Below, in pieces: positions 43,511-51,016 of a stretch of DNA of 64,000 nucleotides. A model generated the notes under the pieces. It did not search any database. It was not told the DNA's origin and was given only the letters and a program-made list of their open reading frames with translations. The position numbers and the translations under genes were made by a program. The DNA is taken from assembly GCA_021776775.1 (NCBI GenBank), contig JAJFFE010000231.1, positions 35,844-99,843 of the forward strand, read 5' to 3'. Every line of letters begins with the position of its first letter. Position 1 is the first letter of the stretch. Source of the stretch: Planctomycetota bacterium (lineage in GTDB: Bacteria; Planctomycetota; UBA8108; UBA1146; JAJFFE01).

Positions 43511-44158
43511 CTAGTCAATAGACAGCGGACCAAAACCGGCAAGCCCCAAGTCAGTAGCGCTCACCCGAAGAAATATCTCGTCGGTCGCACCAACGTATCT
43601 GATCACGAGGATCTTACGGTTCGACGAAACGAGAGTTGGATCCGGAAGCGCAAAGATCGTGCGGACGGAGAGTCCACGGTCGATCGGTTCCAATAGACGT
43701 GCGGGACTCGATCCCAGCACATGGACCAAGAACGCGTAGCACGAGGCGTCCCATACGACGACGTTGTTGTCCGGCGGTCCGTTTCCGGCCGCGACAGGAA
43801 AGCGGAAGGAATCGGAAGCCGACAGCTGGCCAGTCGCACAGTGGTAGTGAGCGAACGCCGCGTCGGATCCCGAGCCCGGTGCTGGCGAACGGCGCGCCTG
43901 GTACAGCGTCCCGAACCCGAATGGAACACCGACGAAACTCAACGACACGGGTCCCACGGCGAGTTCGGACTCTACGTCGGAGCGAAATGCGACGTTCGTC
44001 GCGACGGAGTGTAGAATCGCCCAATCGGCAGCACTCGTTAGCGCGGGAGAGCCGGGTGGGAAGACAACGGTTTGGCCAACCAACAACAGCGGGAGCGAGC
44101 AGCTGGCAACCAAGATCCAAGCAGCGACGCTCGGTGATCTCTTCTTGCGATCAGACAC
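43511..44158 (-). CDS. exported/membrane-anchored hypothetical protein (cassette copy 2)
   Basis: GTG 44158 after AAGGGA; basic plus hydrophobic N-terminus; paralogue of 45819-46490; ends GFGPLSID. Confidence 0.75.
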   Translation of the reverse strand: MSDRKKRSPSVAAWILVASCSLPLLLVGQTVVFPPGSPALTSAADWAILHSVATNVAFRSDVESELAVGPVSLSFVGVPFGFGTLYQARRSPAPGSGSDAAFAHYHCATGQLSASDSFRFPVAAGNGPPDNNVVVWDASCYAFLVHVLGSSPARLLEPIDRGLSVRTIFALPDPTLVSSNRKILVIRYVGATDEIFLRVSATDLGLAGFGPLSID

Positions 44159-44423
44159 GGTTCCGATCCCTTCGGGTGGATGCCCACGTAACGCCACCGG
44201 CACGTCTCCGCTGACGGCCGCCTCGCTTCTCCCCGTTATCCGCGTACTTCTTACCCCGCTCCCATAATAGGCGCGGCACCCGGAGGCATCCAGCGGTCCG
44301 CTGGACTCGGCGCCGCAGAGCGGCCGAAAAGTACGCTTACGCCTGTCAGAGACCAGCGTCACTCATTCGAGAACAAGCGGATTCGCACTGCTGGGTGGCC
44401 GGGAGCAACCCCGCACCGCTGAA

Positions 44424-45806
44424 TCAGTCGTCGGTGTCCAAGCGCCACTGCGCGTCCGAAAGCCCGGCTTCGATCTCGATCCGGTAGCGCTCGAGAACGT
44501 AGTCGCGATAGAGATCCTCGTAGCAGCTACGCTCGAGAACCGACTGTAGACCATGGAGCCGCGCCAACCAGAACGACTGCTCTGGGCGATCGAGATGCTT
44601 CCGCGCGAATGCATACAGATGCGCGTACGCCATGAAGGTGAGCCGCGGATTGTTCATGAGGTGAACGCGCGACACCAGGTTGTCGTAGCCTTCTCGCAAC
44701 CTGTCGGCTGGGACCGCCTCGTCCATGAACAGCTTCGCTTCGAACGCAAGAAGCCGAGTTCGCGCGTCCATACAACCACGCTGCTCGGCCTCGTCGAGCA
44801 ACTCGCCCACGCGCTGAAAGACGATGGTGTACCGACCGTCGCGCGCAGCGAACTTCACGAGTTCCAACTTGGCATCGAGGACAGCACTGTAGAGCGGAGG
44901 ATCCAACGCTTCGAACAACTCGATCGCGTGGTTGTACAGGTGGGCCGCCTCTGCGGTGTTTCCCCAAAGCGTGTCGAGTTTCGCCGAGAGTAGCACGAGA
45001 TACCCTCGGTAATGTCCGAGCCGCTCCTGGTTCTCTTCGATGAGATTCTGGAGCTCACACAGCTCGTAGCTTGCCTTCGAAGTCGCGGTCAAACAGAGGG
45101 CGGCTTCGGTTGAGACGAGGTGTGAGTATGCCAAAGTATCGAGATCGTTCTGATTCCGCGTTTCTCGTCGAAGCTCTTCGTCGCCCAACAGCAGGACCGC
45201 ACGGCGGAATTGACCGGACGCCACCAAGAGGGCCCCGCGGGCGGTGCGATAGGACCAGCGGACACAGAAGTCGGCAGCGTCGGCGACGCCGATCGACTCT
45301 TCAAGCTCTCGGTCCGCTCTCTGGAAATCACCACGGCGCTGATACGCCCACCCCAGCCAGTGCTTCTTTATGCAGTGAACGAAGCTCGCGAAGGAGCCCA
45401 GCGCGGCGTCTGGGACTGTGGCGATTCGCTCGAGACGCACGGTTGCCTCGACGAAGTTCAACTCACTCAGGAGATCTTTGGCACCAGCGACTTTCGCAAG
45501 GCTGAGGAGCTGTTCGTCACCAAACCGACGCGCAAACACGTGGATAACACGAGCGAGATCCAGTCCGAACCGCCGGGCTTCACGACCATTCAAGACGTAG
45601 CGAACGATCAGTAGCCGCGCAACCTCCGGGTTGTAGCAGTACTCGGAAAGCACAGCCTCGAGCTGTGCGATCGTCGCTCCTTCGACTCGTTCAGCTTGCT
45701 CGTATTGCCACTCGGGAACGGAGAGACCTTCTTCCCGCGCCAGTTGACGAACGGCGGATAGACTCCGACGGCGAAGGAAGGTGAGCAGAACATCGTTCGT
45801 TGTCAT
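44424..45806 (-). CDS. TPR-like all-helical hypothetical protein (cassette copy 1)
   Basis: HWLGWAYQRRGDFQRA; C-terminal half closely matches 42125-43498; AAGGGG RBS. Confidence 0.8.
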   Translation of the reverse strand: MTTNDVLLTFLRRRSLSAVRQLAREEGLSVPEWQYEQAERVEGATIAQLEAVLSEYCYNPEVARLLIVRYVLNGREARRFGLDLARVIHVFARRFGDEQLLSLAKVAGAKDLLSELNFVEATVRLERIATVPDAALGSFASFVHCIKKHWLGWAYQRRGDFQRADRELEESIGVADAADFCVRWSYRTARGALLVASGQFRRAVLLLGDEELRRETRNQNDLDTLAYSHLVSTEAALCLTATSKASYELCELQNLIEENQERLGHYRGYLVLLSAKLDTLWGNTAEAAHLYNHAIELFEALDPPLYSAVLDAKLELVKFAARDGRYTIVFQRVGELLDEAEQRGCMDARTRLLAFEAKLFMDEAVPADRLREGYDNLVSRVHLMNNPRLTFMAYAHLYAFARKHLDRPEQSFWLARLHGLQSVLERSCYEDLYRDYVLERYRIEIEAGLSDAQWRLDTDD

Positions 45807-45818
45807 GTTCGCCCCTTC

Positions 45819-46490
45819 CTATTCGATCGTCAGAGGGCCGAAGCCGGTCGGAAAGGCTTCCGCTCGAACCGTCACGAGGAAACCGGTCGACGGCCCGACG
45901 TACTTGAGAACCAAGAGTTGCTGGCTCGCCTGAGCAGACGCACTCGTGTCCGGGAGGCAAACGATACGCTTGAGTTCAAACCCCGCACGCAGCGGATCGA
46001 TCAGCCGCCCGGGACGGACGCCGAGTACGTGTCGCAGAAACTGATAACTTTCCAATCCCCAGATCACGACGTTCGAATCGGCAACGGTGTCGTTTCCAGA
46101 CGTCATCCGGAACTTGAACTGATCGACCGAAGGATTGATCGGCAGCGACCTGTTCACGTAAGAAAACAGGAGCGTTGAAAGTTGCCCGAACGGCGATCTA
46201 AAGTTCCAACGACCCCCGCACCGTCTACTACTACCGTCGTCTTCACACGTCATACGCCCGAAGCAGGGTCCCACCGCGAAGCACGCTTCAGAAACGAGAG
46301 CGAACGCGGGGTCGGAAACCAGTTGATCGAAAATCAGCCAGTCGAGCTCTGAGCTAAGGACGGGTGAGCCCGGAGGATCGGGCACGACCTGCGCCACAAC
46401 CCACAGGGGCAAGACAAGGATCAACGAAACGAAAGCAGCCCGCACATAGCGAGCAGGCTTGCTGCGTTTGGATTCAGCCACGGATGTCAT
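45819..46490 (-). CDS. exported/membrane-anchored hypothetical protein (cassette copy 1)
   Basis: Basic plus hydrophobic N-terminus ending VVAQ; ends GFGPLTIE; paralogue of 43511-44158. Confidence 0.78.
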   Translation of the reverse strand: MTSVAESKRSKPARYVRAAFVSLILVLPLWVVAQVVPDPPGSPVLSSELDWLIFDQLVSDPAFALVSEACFAVGPCFGRMTCEDDGSSRRCGGRWNFRSPFGQLSTLLFSYVNRSLPINPSVDQFKFRMTSGNDTVADSNVVIWGLESYQFLRHVLGVRPGRLIDPLRAGFELKRIVCLPDTSASAQASQQLLVLKYVGPSTGFLVTVRAEAFPTGFGPLTIE

Positions 46491-46883
46491 CCATCCCCAT
46501 TGGGAGACGTTTTTTTGGGTTCGCCAAAGCGTAGATGTCGCTGGCGAAGTCTCAGAGCCTTGGCCGGATAGTAGGAAGAGTGGAAAACCAGTTCCACAGG
46601 TTCACCGCAAACGCCCGATATTGATTAAACTCAATCGTGGGTGCGATGCGTCGATCGACGAACCTGTGGTTGATTTGGGCTCTGGTCGTTGAGGATGGCG
46701 AAGCGCGAACCTGCGCAGTCCGCGCTGAGCATCGGAGCTCGGCCGAAACGTCGGCGGCACGGTCGCGCGGTACATGGCAAATTGCGACCGGATCCTCACT
46801 CCGCGCTATCTCGCGAAGACGATCATCGGGTCGAGCATCCCTCGGTCTCGTCGCTTGGTGAGCGGCTCAATGCCGCGGAGCGA

Positions 46884-48161
46884 CTACGCGACGCACACCT
46901 CCGAGACGACCTCGCCAACATGCGAACCGCCGTGAAACCAGAAGGTGGTTCCTTCACCGGGTTCCGATTCGACGGTGATGTCGCCACCGAGGCTTTCGAC
47001 GAGCTTCGTGACGATAGCGAGCCCGGCCCCGGCCCCGCCTCCGTACTCGTTCCCAGAGTGAAGTCGGCGAAAGACGTCGAAGATCGCGGCTTGATTGGCC
47101 GAGTCGATGCCGATTCCGTTATCCCGAACGTAGAACCGTCCGTCGCCCGGTTCGCCGCTTTCGGTCCCCGTCTCGAACCCGATCTCTATCCAACGATTCG
47201 CCTTGTCGTTGTACTTCAGCGCATTCGTGACAAGGTTACGGAACACTTCGGCAATCGCGACTTCATAGCCGTGAACCACCGGCAGCGTGGCCGCAACGCG
47301 CACCTCGGTCTGAGTATCGTCGATCGAAAACTGCAGTGACTCCAATACGCGCTCGACCACCTGCTGCGTGTTGACGTCGGCCTTCGACTCTTGGCCCCGT
47401 CCCGCCTTGGAATACTCGAGCAGTGAGTCGACCATGTGCTCCATACGGTCTGTCAACTTGGCAAGTACCTCCAGCTGCCCGACTCCCGCTTGACCCAATT
47501 CCGCGCCGTAGTCTTCGATGAGAAACTGAGAGTAGTGTCGCAAGCCCCGCAGCGGCTCTTTGAGATCGTGCGAGGCGATGTGGCAGAAGTCGTCGAGCTG
47601 CCGATTCGCAGCCTCGAGACGTAGAGTGGCTTCCTGCATACGTCTCTGGTGCTCGCGAGACTCCAACAAGCTGAGCCGCAGCCCTAGAACCGTGGACACT
47701 TGCCGAGACAACGCCTCGAGGATTTCTCGTTGCTCCTCATTCAAGACTCGTGGCTTGGAGTCGATGACGCACAGGGTTCCGAGGGCCGCTCCGTCGGGAG
47801 TGACGAGGGGTGCGCCGGCGTAGAAGCGAATGCTCGGATCTTCGAGAACCAAAGGGTTGTCCGAGAAGCGCTCGTCGCAAGTCGCGTCTGAAACCACCAA
47901 TGTTTCGTCGGGCGTCAGGATAGCGTGCGCACAAAACGCTAGGTCCCGGCTAGTCTCGGTGGCATCGATCCCCACCTTGGACTTGAACCATTGACGCTCG
48001 CCGTCCACCAGACTTACCAGCGCGATGGGAGTCCCGCAAATGCTCGCAGCAATCTTGACGATGTCGTCGTATTCCCGTTCCGGCAACGTGTCGAGGATCT
48101 CGTACCGCTTTAGCGATCGAACTCGCGCGTCTTCGTTGGCCGGATGAGGTGCCTTGGGCAT
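46884..48161 (-). CDS. GAF-domain sensor histidine kinase
   Basis: YEILDTLPE, RQWFKS, AFCAHAI, IRFYAGAPL, ASHDLKEPLR, NLVTNALKY, DNGIGI, GAGLAI. Confidence 0.95.
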   Translation of the reverse strand: MPKAPHPANEDARVRSLKRYEILDTLPEREYDDIVKIAASICGTPIALVSLVDGERQWFKSKVGIDATETSRDLAFCAHAILTPDETLVVSDATCDERFSDNPLVLEDPSIRFYAGAPLVTPDGAALGTLCVIDSKPRVLNEEQREILEALSRQVSTVLGLRLSLLESREHQRRMQEATLRLEAANRQLDDFCHIASHDLKEPLRGLRHYSQFLIEDYGAELGQAGVGQLEVLAKLTDRMEHMVDSLLEYSKAGRGQESKADVNTQQVVERVLESLQFSIDDTQTEVRVAATLPVVHGYEVAIAEVFRNLVTNALKYNDKANRWIEIGFETGTESGEPGDGRFYVRDNGIGIDSANQAAIFDVFRRLHSGNEYGGGAGAGLAIVTKLVESLGGDITVESEPGEGTTFWFHGGSHVGEVVSEVCVA

Positions 48162-48270
48162 AGATGGAGTCCTACTACCGATTCACGGGCTGAAAGATAG
48201 ACAATAGAAGTTAGCCTTTGAGCGGGTCGCTTCATAAAGAGCGCTGCGCGAATTGTCGTGAGCGAGCGTC

Positions 48271-49353
48271 TCAATATGGCCCCTCGGCCGACGTCACACG
48301 CAACGGTAGCCGAACGATGATCTCCGACTGTCCCTCGACGAAGTCCAGGAACGATACGTCGCCGCCGTGGATCGACACGACCCGTTGGGCGACGTAGAAC
48401 CCTAAATCCATGATCTCGCCGGTGTTCGAAGCCAAGTCCGGCGCAATCCCGGCGTCGCCGATGGGGAACCTGACTTGAACGAATTCTTCGTCTTCGGACG
48501 TCACTTCGATCGCTACGGCGTGCCCCTTCGTCAACGAGGCGGCGGCTACTTCCACGACATGAGTCAGTGCGGTCTGCAACCAGTGAGTATCGACTCGGAG
48601 CTCAGGGTCCATGGTCATGGGCGATAGCTCGAGGAGGTCGCCGCGACTGGCGATGACCGACTCGAGGACGACGCTCAGCTTTGTGGTGACGGGGCGAATC
48701 GTGTCGCGGCCAAACCCGACTTTCGTCGCTTGGACCAAGGTCTCAATAGCCTGCTCGACCCGCCGACGTTCCTCCAGCGAAGCCAGAGCGCACTCCCGCT
48801 GCATGTCGCTCAGGGAGCCCGAGAGCCCGGCGATCAAGGCCAATTCCGCCTCGCGGCCGGCGGCCAATTGCGACTGCGCCTGACCCGCGATGTATTGACA
48901 CAAGCCCTCGAGTTCTTGAGCGCGCTCTGCGGCGCGCGTCGCCTCGTTTTGTTCGACTTCCCGGCGTCGATTGGCCTCGAAGGCGTTGTTCAAGGCGCGT
49001 TGTAGCTCGCTTCCGCTAACCCCGGACTTCAGCAAGTAGTCGGCGGCACCCGCGTGAATCGCTTCGACGGCAGCGTCCTCGCCGGCTCCACCGGTCAGGA
49101 CAATGACGGGCGCCGACACGCCGAGCTCCAAGAGCTCGCGAAGGACGTCGAGTCCACTGACCATGCCCAGGTTGTAGTCGAGAAAGATGACGTCCACTTC
49201 AAACGTCGGGAGCGCGGCAACCGCGGCTTCCGGATCTTCGTATGAAGTAAACGAGAGCGGGCCGGGGGTCAGCCGAGACAAGAACCGTTCGAGAATCTTG
49301 CTGTCGATCGGGTTGTCATCGACGGAGACCACCTTCAGGGCGCTCTGGATCAT
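48271..49353 (-). CDS. response regulator receiver fused to a degenerate histidine-kinase core
   Basis: Receiver motifs VSVDDN, FLDYNL, LTG and DYLLK. The C-terminal part keeps DLGFYVAQRVVSIHGGDV but has no H-box His or N-box Asn. Confidence 0.75.
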   Translation of the reverse strand: MIQSALKVVSVDDNPIDSKILERFLSRLTPGPLSFTSYEDPEAAVAALPTFEVDVIFLDYNLGMVSGLDVLRELLELGVSAPVIVLTGGAGEDAAVEAIHAGAADYLLKSGVSGSELQRALNNAFEANRRREVEQNEATRAAERAQELEGLCQYIAGQAQSQLAAGREAELALIAGLSGSLSDMQRECALASLEERRRVEQAIETLVQATKVGFGRDTIRPVTTKLSVVLESVIASRGDLLELSPMTMDPELRVDTHWLQTALTHVVEVAAASLTKGHAVAIEVTSEDEEFVQVRFPIGDAGIAPDLASNTGEIMDLGFYVAQRVVSIHGGDVSFLDFVEGQSEIIVRLPLRVTSAEGPY

Positions 49354-49793
49354 GGTCCGGCCAATCCAATGGAAGGAAGCGACGCTAAGCAGCGCCAAAT
49401 CGTAGCATCTCGCTTGAACGCGGGACAAACGTGTAACGGACGCCTGACGACTAACCCCGCGCTTCATTAGTCCTTTCGGAATAAACATTGAGTCGCTGAA
49501 TGGGTATTTCGCCGACCGCCCGGCGGAGTTATAGGAGCTTGGGCGTACGGCGGGAGCGCGCCCCCCTGGACTATCCAAGCGTCGATCGCGCTGATGCTCG
49601 AACCGCGCCCGGTCCCGCGGCGAGACGGCGGCGAGACGGCGAAGCCAACTTGCGCATCTCGGTCAAATTACGGCGACCGTCCTCGAACGCACGTCCTCCG
49701 GAAGCAGCGAACCTCACCACAAGTCGTGCTGCGTAGGGCAATCGGGCGCGACTCGGGCCCATTCTCATCTCTCCGCCGAACCAGACGGGGGTT

Positions 49794-49826
49794 GGACACT
49801 CCTTGTCCTACGGGATGGTCTAGGAT
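49794..49826 (+). promoter_or_regulatory. GGACA-N5-TGTCC palindrome plus TAGGAT -10-like box upstream of the WYL gene
   Basis: GGACActcctTGTCC at 49794-49808 and TAGGAT at 49821-49826. Function is inferred. Confidence 0.45.
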
Positions 49827-49895
49827 GCTGAGCATCGAACCTTGCGCACGGGGGCTTTGGTTTTGTTCTCAATTTGAACTCTGGGGAGAGTCTTG

Positions 49896-50900
49896 ATGAC
49901 AGATGAGCCGCAACTATATAGGTCTGCCGAGGGAGACTATCTGAGTCGGTGGAAACGTGTTGTCTTCTTGGATCAGCGGTTTCGGGATGGATCGTTTCCC
50001 AATGCGACGGAGTTGGCCGGGATTTGTGGCGTTTCGACGAAGACGATTCACCGCGATATCGAGGCGATGCGTTTGGAGTTGTCGGCGCCGATTGAGTTCG
50101 TGAAGGCCGAGAACGGCTATCGATACACGGATGGTGATTTCGCCATACCGGCGGCGACGCTTTCGGAACGTAACTTGTTTGCACTGATGGTGGCGGAGAA
50201 TGCCATCGCCAATTACGAAGGTACGCCACTGGTCGAGTATCTGCGTGAAGCGTTCGGCAAGATTCTGTCGGTACTTCCCGGTGACGTGCGTGAAAAGCAC
50301 GAACTCGGGGCTCGAGCGATTCGCTTCGGAGGACTTCCCGCTCCGCGGATCCGTCCGGATGTATGGAACTCAGTCGCACGAGCAATTCGCGACCAGCGGG
50401 CCATAGATGTAATGTATCGCAAGCCGGGAAAGCCGTCGGGCACTCGGGCGTTGCACCCGTACCTCTTGGTCGTACGAGAGCGCGACTGGTTCTTGATCGC
50501 CCGAGATCCTGATCGAGACGCAGTGTTGACCTACTATGTGCCTCGGATCGACTCGGTCACGGTGCTCGATGAAGAGTTCGAAATCGAACGGGACTTCTCG
50601 GCGGCCGAGTACTACCGATTCGGTTTCAACGCCATGCAAAGTCATGCCGACGCGGACGAAGTGGTGCTTCACTTCGCGTCCGACGCAGCCCACTTGGCGC
50701 AAGAGCGCGCGTGGTCGCCTGATCAGCACGTCGACGTCGACCACGACGGATCGGCGCGAGTTCGCTTTCACTCTTCGGCACTCTTTGCGATTCAACGCGC
50801 GGTGCTTCAGTACGGAGGCGAGGTCACGGTGGAGGCGCCGCCGGCACTACGCGACGGGGTACGAAGCGCGGCGGAACGAATAATCGCGTCACACGGCTAG
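49896..50900 (+). CDS. WYL-domain transcriptional regulator (HTH-WYL-WCX)
   Basis: ATELAGICGVSTKTIHRDIE (HTH), ALHPYLL...DWFLIA...YYVPRI (WYL), VLQYGGEVTVEAPPALR (WCX). Confidence 0.93.
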   Translation: MTDEPQLYRSAEGDYLSRWKRVVFLDQRFRDGSFPNATELAGICGVSTKTIHRDIEAMRLELSAPIEFVKAENGYRYTDGDFAIPAATLSERNLFALMVAENAIANYEGTPLVEYLREAFGKILSVLPGDVREKHELGARAIRFGGLPAPRIRPDVWNSVARAIRDQRAIDVMYRKPGKPSGTRALHPYLLVVRERDWFLIARDPDRDAVLTYYVPRIDSVTVLDEEFEIERDFSAAEYYRFGFNAMQSHADADEVVLHFASDAAHLAQERAWSPDQHVDVDHDGSARVRFHSSALFAIQRAVLQYGGEVTVEAPPALRDGVRSAAERIIASHG

Positions 50901-51016
50901 CTAGCTCGAGACACGACCGTGTCACGTCAGTACTTCGCTGTCGACGCTCACGACGTCGACACGGGATCTGCTTTTCGCTCAGACTTGGTTCAGCCTCTCC
51001 TTCCGACGGGCCGCGA

